Below are positions 54,498-64,000 of a DNA stretch of 64,000 nt, one piece after another (within the stretch, counting starts at the first letter, position 1; the number at the start of each line of letters is the position of its first letter). Both the position numbers and the translations under genes were made by a program. The DNA is taken from IMG/VR virus record IMGVR_UViG_3300016480_000004; one strand, given 5' to 3'. The notes below the pieces were generated by a model. It saw only the letters and a program-made list of their open reading frames with translations, was not told the DNA's origin and ran no database searches. The DNA comes from a virus (taxonomy: Duplodnaviria; Heunggongvirae; Uroviricota; Caudoviricetes; Crassvirales).

Positions 54498-57152
54498 ATG
54501 TTTTTTACACAAGAAGATTATAGAAAGATAGAGAAGTGGCTCCTTGCAAACAGTAGGAAAGATACTGATTTTGTGGGAGCTACAACTCCTCTTAAAGGAA
54601 ATGAAACTGTAGTTCTTGTACAGGATGGTAAGAATGTAAAAACATCAGTAAAGGATATTGTGGACCAATTCTTCTTACTTGGTGTATCAGACTTCTTAAA
54701 TATTACTGACAAATATGGTGAGAGCTACATTTCAATAGACCAAGCAATACAACTTATTCCTTTCAGGAGTAGAAAAGAAGGTCAGGTAATTACTTTCCTT
54801 AATACTGATGGTAATTGGGAAATCTATCAATTCATTGGTAAGTTGAATCAATGGAATAACCCTACTTTATGGAATAATCCTTTGGATTGGGAAAAGTTTA
54901 TAATTGATTCTATTCTCCCTGATGAGGAAGACTTAACTAAGTCAGTACCTAATGCTGAAGGTAACTCTTACCTATCATTAAAGGATAGAAAGTATGAACC
55001 AGCTAATTATAGTGGTTTAGGTAGAGTTATTCTTAGAAGAAGAGTTATAGAGATTGAAGACCCTGTATATGGTACTCAAGAAAAGAATCTACTGCTTCAA
55101 GCAGATTTTAATGAAGAAAATACTGTATATGTAGTAAGATATGACTTCACTCTTGGCGAGGATATTACTGTACCTGCTAATTGTATATTGGAGTTTGATG
55201 GAGGTAGTATTTCGGATGATGGTACTCACACATTGACAGGTAATAATACAATTATTAGCTCTCTACTAACAAAAATATTTGATTTAAATATAGGTTTTGT
55301 TGGTAATTGGGGTATAAATGAATTGTATCCTGAATGGTTTGGTGCTCAAGGTTACACTGCCCCTATAAATAATCAAAATATACAAATAACAGGAATGGAA
55401 AGTTCTGTTAGTGCTTTTAATAAAATTATATCTATATTTAAAACAACCAATATTAGAAATATTAAACTAAATGCTGTATATTTTATAGATGACCAAATTG
55501 TTATAACTGATAGAGCTTTCTCTGAGAATGGAAATTCTGTTAATATAGTTTCTGATAACCCTTCAAACGGGTTTATATGTCAGATGAATGATACAGGAAA
55601 ATATTATATAACAATAAATAATCAGATAGACTCAGGAGGTGTTTTTGAAGCCTTATATAAAAACTTTACTTTTTATTTGGCACGTAATAGTAATGTAAAA
55701 GGTGTATTTCATGCAAGGAATATACTAAGAAGTAAGTTTGAAAACCTAAGATGTTATGGTTCTTTCAGTCGTATGGAAGAAGCTATATATGTTATAGAAT
55801 GTGGTTCTGGTAGTAACAACTTTACTCTATTTTTTGATAATTGTTCTGGCTTTGATACAGTTAAAGGGCATGGGCTTTATTACAAAGTTAGCGATAATGG
55901 TTATTTACCAATATTGCAGACTATAATTGGTTGCAAATTCCAACAATTATTTGGTGGTTGTGGTATTGTTACAGATATTAAAACCTTAGCGCAAGGAACA
56001 TTTAATGGCATAATACAAAATTGTGAACTTGAGGGGAATTCTAAAGGTTCAATGTTTGTCGGTGCTGTAGATGGATTGGTACTTGAAAATGTGTATTATG
56101 AAGGAAGCGTTCCTGCTCCTGTTATTGAAGGTTATTCTTCCGCTCCGTTCACATTAGGTTTATGCTCTGAGCAAAGATTTGTTAGAAATTTAACTATTAA
56201 TGGAATGAATGTTGGTGTTACTGGTGGTCAAAATGCTGATTATGCGATTAGCTTTGGTCATGAAGTAGGCAACCTGGGGGCGGTATTCAAATCAGTTAAT
56301 ATTAAAAATGTAAACTATGTTGGAGAAAACAATATGACATATATCAAAACAGGTACTAATTGTTATATTGAAGACTTATCTAAAGAACAACCAACAGTTG
56401 ATATTAGTAATATTCAAAGTGCAAAAGATGTTATAATTAAAGGAATAGAAAAAGAAATCAAAGTTATAAATACGGAATGTGCTATTTTGTATAGTTACGA
56501 TACGCAATTACATAATATAGAAGGTGACACACATTTCTATGTAACAGAGGGTGTTCTTGAATACAAATATGATACCTCTCACAAGATTGGTCTTTATAAA
56601 GGAATGAGAATCCAACTAAACGGTATTACTTATATCTCTCCTTATGGGGGTAAGTTGTACTATAATACAAAAGGTGATTACCAAGAAGCGAGTTATAATA
56701 TTACAAATGTATTTGGAGCTTGGATGGCTGGCGGAGTTGGTGCTACACTTACTGGTCCTTATTGGGAAGGTGGTTCTGCTGTTATTACTGCAATAAACGG
56801 GACTACTGTAACTGTAGATAAACCTGCATTATTAAATAAAACAGGAGGCATTGTTTCTCAGGGCATTATGATTGATGAAAGAATTTATAGTGCTCTTACT
56901 GGAAAGCCAAATACTGAAAATATGAAAGTTGGTACTATGTCATTTGATGGTGGAAGACCCATTTGGTGGAATGGCACAAGATGGGTAGATAACACGGGTT
57001 TCCCAGTAGGTCTAACAAGAGGAACAACAGCACAAAGACCATCTTTGGGTGAAAGTGATTATGGGTATATGTACTATGACAATGAGCTTATGAAGTATAT
57101 TACTTGGAGTGGACTTACTTGGATGAATATAGATGGTACTCCTTTAACATAA
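54498..57152 (+). CDS. Tail fiber/spike protein with a predicted right-handed beta-helix (depolymerase-like) distal domain
   Basis: Repetitive N/G/V-rich beta-helix-like segments (NGNSVNIVSDN..., GVFHARNIL..., NCSGFDTVKG...). The distal 2/3 lies in the CpG-rich island. Confidence 0.5.
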   Translation: MFFTQEDYRKIEKWLLANSRKDTDFVGATTPLKGNETVVLVQDGKNVKTSVKDIVDQFFLLGVSDFLNITDKYGESYISIDQAIQLIPFRSRKEGQVITFLNTDGNWEIYQFIGKLNQWNNPTLWNNPLDWEKFIIDSILPDEEDLTKSVPNAEGNSYLSLKDRKYEPANYSGLGRVILRRRVIEIEDPVYGTQEKNLLLQADFNEENTVYVVRYDFTLGEDITVPANCILEFDGGSISDDGTHTLTGNNTIISSLLTKIFDLNIGFVGNWGINELYPEWFGAQGYTAPINNQNIQITGMESSVSAFNKIISIFKTTNIRNIKLNAVYFIDDQIVITDRAFSENGNSVNIVSDNPSNGFICQMNDTGKYYITINNQIDSGGVFEALYKNFTFYLARNSNVKGVFHARNILRSKFENLRCYGSFSRMEEAIYVIECGSGSNNFTLFFDNCSGFDTVKGHGLYYKVSDNGYLPILQTIIGCKFQQLFGGCGIVTDIKTLAQGTFNGIIQNCELEGNSKGSMFVGAVDGLVLENVYYEGSVPAPVIEGYSSAPFTLGLCSEQRFVRNLTINGMNVGVTGGQNADYAISFGHEVGNLGAVFKSVNIKNVNYVGENNMTYIKTGTNCYIEDLSKEQPTVDISNIQSAKDVIIKGIEKEIKVINTECAILYSYDTQLHNIEGDTHFYVTEGVLEYKYDTSHKIGLYKGMRIQLNGITYISPYGGKLYYNTKGDYQEASYNITNVFGAWMAGGVGATLTGPYWEGGSAVITAINGTTVTVDKPALLNKTGGIVSQGIMIDERIYSALTGKPNTENMKVGTMSFDGGRPIWWNGTRWVDNTGFPVGLTRGTTAQRPSLGESDYGYMYYDNELMKYITWSGLTWMNIDGTPLT

Positions 57153-60115
57153 ATAATATGAAAGATATACAACAACTAATTAAGAAGAATAGTCAAGAGG
57201 GAAGATATGAAGACATCTTCCCTAAGACTTTTACTGATGCAGTAAAAGATAAAGAATCTGGAAAATCCCTAATTGATATACTATCAAGTTTTAATATGTA
57301 CTTTCTATCTTATAATGGAAGTATAGAACTAACTAGATTACAAGTTCCTATGTCTATTAGGAAGACTGGATTATGGATTACTTATGTTTTATATGATAAA
57401 ACTGTAGTAACTGAATGGTATGCTGGGGAAGCTATAGATGATGATTCTTGGAAGAGTCCCAATAATTGGAGAGGAGGGTCTAATATGCTTGTAGGAGATA
57501 TTAGTATATCTTCTGATGGATATTGGGTGGTAAATGGAGTAGTAACTACTACCAAAGCTCAAGGAGAACAAGGTATTACTCCTATGTTAAGAGTGGGAAG
57601 TAATAATTATTTGCAGGCATCTTACACAAATGGTAGTTCTTGGATAGATGTTTCTACTAATCCTGTTTATACACAGTTTAGAGTAAACAATAATAAGATA
57701 GAACAATCTTTAGATTTAGGTAATATATGGACTGTAGTATCTGATAATATTGCAGCATGGTTTAGGTGGCAAGCGAATGATAATAATTTAGGTAGAATCC
57801 AAATATCAAGAGATAATAATACTTGGGAAAATTTCTCTCCTGAATTTATAAATAGGATGCTGATTAAAGGGTTTGTTGCAAATTTACCACAAAGTGCTGA
57901 ATATGGGGATATATACATGGTAGGTCCTTATTATAATCAAGAAGATAGTGAACATGTAAACCCTTATTATAGGATGTGGGTTATGCAAGATACATGGGTG
58001 GATGCAGGATATTATAATAAAAACACCTATAACTTTAATTATAATATTAAAAAAACTTATCCATCAGTATCAGCAATGGACGCAGATAAGAGTAATCCTA
58101 TTGGTACTAATGGACTTGCTATTCAAATAGGAGATATTGTAACAGTTGTTAATTCAACAACCCCTTCTGAAAATGGTATTTATAGCTATGAAGGAGCTAC
58201 AGATGGTTGGAAATATCAAAGTAGTTTTTATCAATTAGAACAAATAAGAAGTCAAAATACAAATACTGCTCCGAGTAGTAAATTATTTGATGATAAGATT
58301 AACGAATTGGCTGGAGATATTATTCAAGTTGAAACCGATTTGAACTATATGTACCCGTCAGTTGGCACTGCAAAGCGTATATTAGCCGATGCAGGAACTA
58401 TTAAAAGTAGGAGCACATTAAATGAACTTACCAATAAGTTCCTTGACTTACTACCAAACACTAAGTTACTTTTCTGTCCTCACTTGGCTGTTAAATTAAG
58501 GGAGTCTGGCATATATAAGTACGTAACTAAGCTATATGATATAGGTCCTGCAATGTTAGATGGATATCAGACAACTGCGCTTAATCAGCCGTATTTGAGC
58601 GGTAACATTGCACCTAATGAAAAGTATGCCATTAAGAATCCTAATGGTGGAAGTGCTTATATTACACATACACCTATTAGCTTTTCAGCTACCGATAAAT
58701 GGAGTGTAAGTACAATGCTTAATGATTTTTGCAGTTCACTTGCTGATTATGGAGCGTATTGTGGTAACGGGACAACTGCATCTAATATATACCTACGCAA
58801 GTCATCTGCTAACAGACTGCGATTTTTGAGTAATTCCTCTGTCGAATATTTATTTAATGTTAATAATTCACTAATAGGCAAAAACAGTTTGATAACTTTT
58901 GTGTCTTTTGGAAATGGGACACTAAATTTATATTTAAATGGAAAATTATTTCAGTCAATATCAAGTACTGACACTTCTTTTATTTTTTCAATGATTCTAA
59001 ATTCTTATCCAACACTTGGATTAAATGGCGATGTTAAGTATCATGGTATACGAGATATAGCTTTATCTACTACACAGGTACAAGACGAATACAACTACCT
59101 GCGTACTCTCTTTCCAGAAATTGAAAGCGTAGCTATCGGTACGCAAACATGGGCAACTAGCAACTGTGAAATGACCTGTACTCCGCAGGGTAACGTTATA
59201 CAAGAAATGCAGAACGCTGCTAATATTGAGAAAATTACTAATGCTGCTGAAAGAGAGTTTTCAAGTGATACCGGATGGGATAAATTTGGAGGGTGGTCTA
59301 TTTCTAATGGCACTGCAAATTGTAACGCTTCATCATGGTCAGTTTTGAGTAAAAGTTATGCATCTAACCCGTTTGTTTCAGGTAAGTTATACAGAGTGTC
59401 TTTTACTGTTGTATCCAGTATTTCCGGTACTGACCTAAGAGTAATATTGGGTAATAATGCAGTGGTTGATGCAAGCACCCTAGTCGGTGAAAAAATCGTA
59501 TATTTGAAATTTTCAGGGCCTGATACCAGTGTTCTACAGATAGGGTCTGTAGATTTTGTTGGAAGTATAGATAACATATCATTTCAAGAAGTAGGCTGGA
59601 CTGACTCAACAAACATCTATAACTACATCTATGCTAATACGACTGGAACAGCAGAACAAAAAGAATATACTGCTGTTAAGGCTGCTGCTATGTGGCGAAA
59701 TGTAAACAATGATTCTGTGTTAGCTTCTGTGTATGGAAAGAAATTTAACAAGTACGCAAAACGTTTACTTGCTATGGATATTGCATATTACAATGCAGCT
59801 AATCCAACAGCGTTATGGGGGTGGGACATCCCTACACAGGCACAGCTAACAACGTTAGCATCTAACGGAGGTAATGCGTTGAAAGTAGGTGGAACAAACT
59901 ACTGGAACACAGCTAATGGATTTAATTCAACTGGATTAACATTGTTAGGTGGCGGTTACATAGATGCTTCTGGCAATTATGTAGGTAATAAAACTCATGA
60001 AGGTATCTGGGCGAAAGATGCAGATATTGCCCGAGTTGCTTTAGACGCTGACAACTCATTTAACGAAGTTGCTGCTACGACAGAAGGATATTCAATTCGA
60101 TTAATAAAGGTATAA
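57104..60115 (+). CDS. Tail fiber protein with a C-terminal Fibrobacter-succinogenes-major-paralogous-like domain
   Basis: C-terminal ...WGWDIPTQAQLTTLASNGGNALKVGGTNYWNTANGFNSTGLTLLGGGYIDASGNY... pattern. The N-terminal ~380 aa are CpG-poor and the rest CpG-rich. Confidence 0.45.
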   Translation: MEWTYLDEYRWYSFNINNMKDIQQLIKKNSQEGRYEDIFPKTFTDAVKDKESGKSLIDILSSFNMYFLSYNGSIELTRLQVPMSIRKTGLWITYVLYDKTVVTEWYAGEAIDDDSWKSPNNWRGGSNMLVGDISISSDGYWVVNGVVTTTKAQGEQGITPMLRVGSNNYLQASYTNGSSWIDVSTNPVYTQFRVNNNKIEQSLDLGNIWTVVSDNIAAWFRWQANDNNLGRIQISRDNNTWENFSPEFINRMLIKGFVANLPQSAEYGDIYMVGPYYNQEDSEHVNPYYRMWVMQDTWVDAGYYNKNTYNFNYNIKKTYPSVSAMDADKSNPIGTNGLAIQIGDIVTVVNSTTPSENGIYSYEGATDGWKYQSSFYQLEQIRSQNTNTAPSSKLFDDKINELAGDIIQVETDLNYMYPSVGTAKRILADAGTIKSRSTLNELTNKFLDLLPNTKLLFCPHLAVKLRESGIYKYVTKLYDIGPAMLDGYQTTALNQPYLSGNIAPNEKYAIKNPNGGSAYITHTPISFSATDKWSVSTMLNDFCSSLADYGAYCGNGTTASNIYLRKSSANRLRFLSNSSVEYLFNVNNSLIGKNSLITFVSFGNGTLNLYLNGKLFQSISSTDTSFIFSMILNSYPTLGLNGDVKYHGIRDIALSTTQVQDEYNYLRTLFPEIESVAIGTQTWATSNCEMTCTPQGNVIQEMQNAANIEKITNAAEREFSSDTGWDKFGGWSISNGTANCNASSWSVLSKSYASNPFVSGKLYRVSFTVVSSISGTDLRVILGNNAVVDASTLVGEKIVYLKFSGPDTSVLQIGSVDFVGSIDNISFQEVGWTDSTNIYNYIYANTTGTAEQKEYTAVKAAAMWRNVNNDSVLASVYGKKFNKYAKRLLAMDIAYYNAANPTALWGWDIPTQAQLTTLASNGGNALKVGGTNYWNTANGFNSTGLTLLGGGYIDASGNYVGNKTHEGIWAKDADIARVALDADNSFNEVAATTEGYSIRLIKV

Positions 60116-60116
60116 T

Positions 60117-60416
60117 ATGAAAAAGTTAATGTATATATTATTGAGTACTGAACAGTACAAAGTATTGAACGAGCAAATCAGCGATGCGATGGGGTTTGAT
60201 GTTGGTTTTCCTACAGAGAGATATGCGCCTGTTGTGCCTATGTTGGCAAAGGTTAATATTCAATATGCCGAGGTTGGAAAAGACGTAACCGAAACATTTG
60301 ACACTATCCCTGTAATGCCAATCTCCGTGACTGTGCAAGAGCGGTGTGTCGAATTGTTGCAAGGATATGAACTGGTAGAGAGTTATGTTCCATACGTTGA
60401 AGATGTTCAACTATGA
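60117..60416 (+). CDS. Hypothetical protein (tail fiber assembly chaperone candidate; CpG-rich)
   Basis: Small ORF immediately after the fiber gene, within the same compositional island. Confidence 0.35.
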   Translation: MKKLMYILLSTEQYKVLNEQISDAMGFDVGFPTERYAPVVPMLAKVNIQYAEVGKDVTETFDTIPVMPISVTVQERCVELLQGYELVESYVPYVEDVQL

Positions 60417-60553
60417 GCAGAGTTTAACAAGGTGGGTGTGTAATTGCATCCACCATAATACAATAAAATAAACTCTTATTAATTAAGTAATAATTACTAA
60501 TTAAAATGTTTGTATACACTGAGTGTTTTTTAGCATGTTGTAGTTTATGTTTA

Positions 60554-60590
60554 AGAGACGAAAGCAATCACCTTCGTCTCTTTTTATTTT
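60554..60590 (+). terminator. Rho-independent terminator after the tail-fiber block
   Basis: 9-bp stem AGAGACGAA/TTCGTCTCT with a 10-nt loop followed by TTTTTATTTT. A second smaller hairpin + T6 sits at 60515-60531. Confidence 0.6.
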
Positions 60591-60695
60591 ATAGCAAAAC
60601 TTAAACATGAAATATGGGGTAACTGCCGACTATCATACCCAAGTAACAGTATATACAAAATTAACTAGTAATCTTAGTATTAATAATTTATTTAT

Positions 60696-60732
60696 ATTAT
60701 TGTATATATGAGTTATTTTTTGTACGTTTGTA
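60696..60732 (+). promoter_or_regulatory. Promoter P5: TTG (60700-02) - N20 - TACGTTTG (60723-30), for gene 60749
   Basis: TAnnTTTG -7 box with exact 20-nt spacing to TTG. Confidence 0.45.
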
Positions 60733-60748
60733 TTAAAATTAAATAGAA

Positions 60749-61360
60749 ATGAATAAGTTAGTTTATATATTATTAGGTGTTCTTATATTAACTGGTATTA
60801 GTATGTATTGGTTATATAATAGGTATCAAAAATTAACCGCAGAATACTCTATTTCTATTGAGAATATTAAGGCTTATGATGCTGAACTAAGTGGTTTGAG
60901 AGATGATACTAAAGTCTATAAATTAACAATAGAACAGCTTAATTACTTTAATGATTCAATCATTAAGAAGATGAAAGTGGTCCAAAAGGAATTAGGAATA
61001 AAGGATAAGAGATTACAGCAGCTTCAATATGAAGCAAGTCATGCACAAAGAGCTGATACTATTATCCTAAAAGATACTATATTTAGAGACTCTCAATTAA
61101 AGCTGGATACTATAGTTGGAGATAAGTGGTTTAGAACTAATCTTCATCTGGAATTCCCAAGTACTATAGCATTAAAACCTGAGATAGAGTTAGAGAGATA
61201 TACATTCATAAATGGTAAAAGGGAGACTGTGAATCCACCAAAGAAGTTCTTCTTATTTAGGTGGTTCCAGAAGAAACATACAGTAGTAGAAGTGAATGTA
61301 AGGGAAATGAACCCTTATGTTAAAGACAAAACTCAAAGATTTATACAAATAATTAAATAA
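60749..61360 (+). CDS. Membrane-anchored protein (N-terminal TM; spanin/lysis-associated?)
   Basis: N-terminal hydrophobic helix. Confidence 0.4.
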   Translation: MNKLVYILLGVLILTGISMYWLYNRYQKLTAEYSISIENIKAYDAELSGLRDDTKVYKLTIEQLNYFNDSIIKKMKVVQKELGIKDKRLQQLQYEASHAQRADTIILKDTIFRDSQLKLDTIVGDKWFRTNLHLEFPSTIALKPEIELERYTFINGKRETVNPPKKFFLFRWFQKKHTVVEVNVREMNPYVKDKTQRFIQIIK

Positions 61361-61362
61361 TT

Positions 61363-61704
61363 ATGATTGAAAGTGGAATACTTATTACAGCATTGATAGG
61401 TATTGTAACCACATTTACTTCGGGGTTTACTGCATGGCTCTTTGCAAGAAAGAAGTATAATAGTGAGGTTGACAATAACTTGATAAATAATATGAAGGAG
61501 TCTCTGGAGTTCTACACAAGACTTTCTGAGGATAATAACCTCAGGCTTGATAGAGCATTATCAAGAAATGAAGAACTTGAAAAAGAGGTTAAGGAATTAA
61601 GGCAACAGGTGATGGGCTTAATGACAAGTATATGTACAGACCTATCTTGTCAGATAAGAAAGGGGAATTATGAGGATGTGATTAAAACTAAAACTAAGAA
61701 GTAA
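61363..61704 (+). CDS. Small TM + coiled-coil protein (holin/spanin-like)
   Basis: N-terminal TM helix and a C-terminal coiled coil. Confidence 0.4.
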   Translation: MIESGILITALIGIVTTFTSGFTAWLFARKKYNSEVDNNLINNMKESLEFYTRLSEDNNLRLDRALSRNEELEKEVKELRQQVMGLMTSICTDLSCQIRKGNYEDVIKTKTKK

Positions 61705-61779
61705 TTAATATGAAAAGAGTAATTAATCTTGGGAATCTTTCAAGAATAGTTGAAGGAGACCCTAATGAAATAATAGATT

Positions 61780-62241
61780 ATGAAACTAACACTTAAAAGA
61801 ACATTCAAAGGACCTCAATATACCGTAGGTAAACTCTATGTAAATGGAGTTTATGAATGTGATACTCTTGAAGATACTGACAGAGGTCTCCATGAAACAC
61901 AATCTCTTCTGGAGATACAGAGTAAGAAGGTCTATGGACAGACAGCAATTCCTTATGGAACTTACAAGATTGATATGAATACTATAAGTCCTAAATTCAA
62001 GGATAGGTCATGGGCTAAATTCTGTGGAGGAAAGTTACCCAGACTTATAGATGTAAAAGGATATGAGGGGGTACTAATCCATGTTGGTAACAAAGCTGAG
62101 GATACCTTAGGTTGTATCCTTGTGGGAGAGAATAAAATAAAAGGGCAAGTTGTTAATAGTACAGCTACCTTTCAGGAGTTATATTCAGTAATGCTGAAAG
62201 CAAAACTCCTTGGAGAGGAACTAAGTTTAACAATAGAATAG
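61780..62241 (+). CDS. YkuD-like L,D-transpeptidase catalytic-domain-like protein
   Basis: H...G-C-I motif: VLIHVGNKAEDTLGCILVG. Confidence 0.35.
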   Translation: MKLTLKRTFKGPQYTVGKLYVNGVYECDTLEDTDRGLHETQSLLEIQSKKVYGQTAIPYGTYKIDMNTISPKFKDRSWAKFCGGKLPRLIDVKGYEGVLIHVGNKAEDTLGCILVGENKIKGQVVNSTATFQELYSVMLKAKLLGEELSLTIE

Positions 62242-62409
62242 GAGAGATTATTTATGGCAAAGACTTGTAAATCAGGTGGAAAGATGCCACCAAAAGGTGG
62301 GAAGAAACCTACAAAGAAGTAGAAATGGGAAGGGTGTAGTATTATCACTATACCCTTATCCTTTGGCAGTAAATAAGTAATTTATTTATAGAGTTGTAAG
62401 AGTCTTATT

Positions 62410-62450
62410 TACTATGTTGTAGAAGTCATAAACTCCTACTATCTTTGCAT
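62410..62450 (+). promoter_or_regulatory. Promoter P4: TTG (62417-19) - N20 - TATCTTTG (62440-47), for gene 62478
   Basis: Same motif and spacing as P1-P3. Confidence 0.5.
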
Positions 62451-62477
62451 CAGTTTAATAACTAAAGGAGTAGAAAT

Positions 62478-63647
62478 ATGATAGGAGAATTAAGTGAAGA
62501 CCTCATTATGACAGGGGATGAAGTAGATGTAGAGAATCTATTTTCTGATGATGGGGGTGAAGAAGAAACACAGGTAACTCCACCTGCCCAAAAGGGGAAA
62601 GAAGAAAAAGAAATTGAAAAAACTACTGAGGAAGAAGAGATAAGTCCTGATGATTTATTTGATAATCCAGAGAGCGTAGGTAGTGGAAAAGATAATCAAG
62701 AAGACGAGGAAGATACCCAATCTGAAAAGGACAAAGGTACTTCTCCCAAAACTAACTTCTACTCTTCCATTGCCAGTGCCTTGAAAGAAGAAGGTATCTT
62801 CCCTGACCTTGATGATGCTACATTAAGTGGTATCAAGACTCCAGAAGATTTTGCAGAAGCAGTTGAAAAAACTGTTCAAGCAAGGTTAGATGAAAGACAA
62901 AAGAGAATTGATGCTGCATTACAAGCTGATGTAGAACCAGATGAAGTAAGAAGGTATGAACAAACCCTTGCTAATTTGGATTCAATCAAGGAGGAATATA
63001 TAACTGATGAAACTGAAAAGGGTGAAAGATTGAGAAAAAACTTAATCTATCAGGACTTTAGGAACAGAGGTTATAGTGAAGCCAGAGCTAAAAGAGAGGT
63101 TGAGAAATCTTTCAATGCTGGTACAGATATTGAAGATGCAAAAGAGGCATTGGAAAGTAATAGAGAGTACTTTAGCACTCAATATCAGGACCTAATTAAG
63201 GAAGCTCAAGAAGAGGCAAAAGAGGGACAAAGAAAAATTAAAGAAGAGGCTGCACAATTAAAGAAATCAATGCTTGATGACAAGGAAGTATTTACAGGTA
63301 TTACACTTGATAAGACTACAAGACAAAAAGCATTTGAGAATATTACTAAGCCTGTCTTTAAAACAGAAGATGGAGAATATTTGACTGCCATTCAGAAATA
63401 TGAAATGGATAATCCAGTTGAATTTAGAAAGTATCTTTCTGTATTGTTCACTATGACTGATGGCTTCAAGAATATTGATGGTCTTGTAAAAGGTAAAGTA
63501 AAGAAAGAAGTCAAGCAAAGTCTTAGAGAATTAGAACATAAACTCAGTAGCACTGGAAGAAATTCATCAGGTAATCCAAGATATGTTGGAGGAGTTGAGG
63601 AAGATACTGAGTCTTATATTGGAAAGGGCTGGGACCTTGATGTCTAA
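62478..63647 (+). CDS. Acidic, highly charged coiled-coil protein (scaffolding protein candidate)
   Basis: D/E/K-rich low-complexity N-terminus, alpha-helical. Precedes a partial structural ORF. Confidence 0.4.
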   Translation: MIGELSEDLIMTGDEVDVENLFSDDGGEEETQVTPPAQKGKEEKEIEKTTEEEEISPDDLFDNPESVGSGKDNQEDEEDTQSEKDKGTSPKTNFYSSIASALKEEGIFPDLDDATLSGIKTPEDFAEAVEKTVQARLDERQKRIDAALQADVEPDEVRRYEQTLANLDSIKEEYITDETEKGERLRKNLIYQDFRNRGYSEARAKREVEKSFNAGTDIEDAKEALESNREYFSTQYQDLIKEAQEEAKEGQRKIKEEAAQLKKSMLDDKEVFTGITLDKTTRQKAFENITKPVFKTEDGEYLTAIQKYEMDNPVEFRKYLSVLFTMTDGFKNIDGLVKGKVKKEVKQSLRELEHKLSSTGRNSSGNPRYVGGVEEDTESYIGKGWDLDV

Positions 63648-63681
63648 AAACATATTAACTAACAAAAATAATTAACAGATT

Positions 63682-64000
63682 ATGGCTGGTAAATTAGGTA
63701 AATTTCAAATGTTAGGCTTCCAACACTGGAAGGGTCTGACAAGTGACAACCACCTTGGAGCTATCTTCCAACAAGCACCTCAGAAGGCTACAAACCTTAT
63801 GGTGCAACTGTTGGCTTTCTATAGAGGAAAGAGCTTGGATACATTCCTTAATTCATTCCCTACAAGGGAGTTTGAAGATGATAATGAATACTACTGGGAT
63901 GTTATTGGTTCTTCAAGGAGAAACATTCCTCTTGTTGAAGCAAGGGATGAAAATGGTGTTGTAGTTGCTGCTAATGCAGCTAATGTGGGGATTGGTACAT
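63682..64000 (+). CDS. Partial CDS (5' end; continues beyond the window); capsid/structural candidate
   Basis: ATG at 63682 with an open frame to the window end (MAGKLGKFQMLGFQHWKGLTSDN...). Missing from the ORF track because it is truncated. Confidence 0.45.
   Translation, partial: MAGKLGKFQMLGFQHWKGLTSDNHLGAIFQQAPQKATNLMVQLLAFYRGKSLDTFLNSFPTREFEDDNEYYWDVIGSSRRNIPLVEARDENGVVVAANAANVGIGT

Overview
This 64-kb window looks like most of a tailed dsDNA phage genome (Caudoviricetes). The host is probably in Bacteroidota: there are repeated TTG-N20-TAnnTTTG promoter motifs, A-rich leaders instead of Shine-Dalgarno sites, and a Fibrobacter-succinogenes-paralogous-type domain in a tail fiber.

Layout:
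- 1-41.4 kb, minus strand: replication, nucleotide-metabolism and accessory module. It contains a family-A DNA polymerase, a DnaG-like primase, a DnaB-like helicase, an SF2 helicase, a probable class II ribonucleotide reductase, dUTPase, ThyX, uracil-DNA glycosylase, a T7-endonuclease-I-like resolvase, a PD-(D/E)XK nuclease, HNH and GIY-YIG homing endonucleases, lysis genes, and a giant partial ORF of at least 1399 aa running off the window start.
- 40.1-41.5 kb: about 1 kb of non-coding DNA with direct repeats (iteron-like) and a divergent promoter region.
- 41.5-64 kb, plus strand: two HExxH peptidase-like genes, then a roughly 3.7-kb array of about 27 tRNA or tRNA-like genes interspersed with small ORFs, then the structural module (GroES-like co-chaperonin, terminase large subunit, portal, two large tail fiber/spike proteins whose distal halves sit in a CpG-rich island, lysis-like genes, and a scaffold-like acidic protein).

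Most unusual features:
- A translationally coupled operon encoding an E1-like (ThiF/MoeB) adenylyltransferase and a JAMM/MPN+ metalloprotease with two partner ORFs. This looks like a phage-borne ubiquitin-like conjugation/deconjugation system.
- A Ro60/Rsr orthologue (TROVE + vWA) followed on the same strand by two tRNA-like non-coding elements (Y-RNA-like candidates), with a 2H phosphoesterase gene nearby.
- More tRNA-like elements with extended anticodon stems, and several atypical tRNAs in the array.

All calls rest on motifs read by eye from the translated ORFs and the DNA. No database searches or structure predictions were possible.
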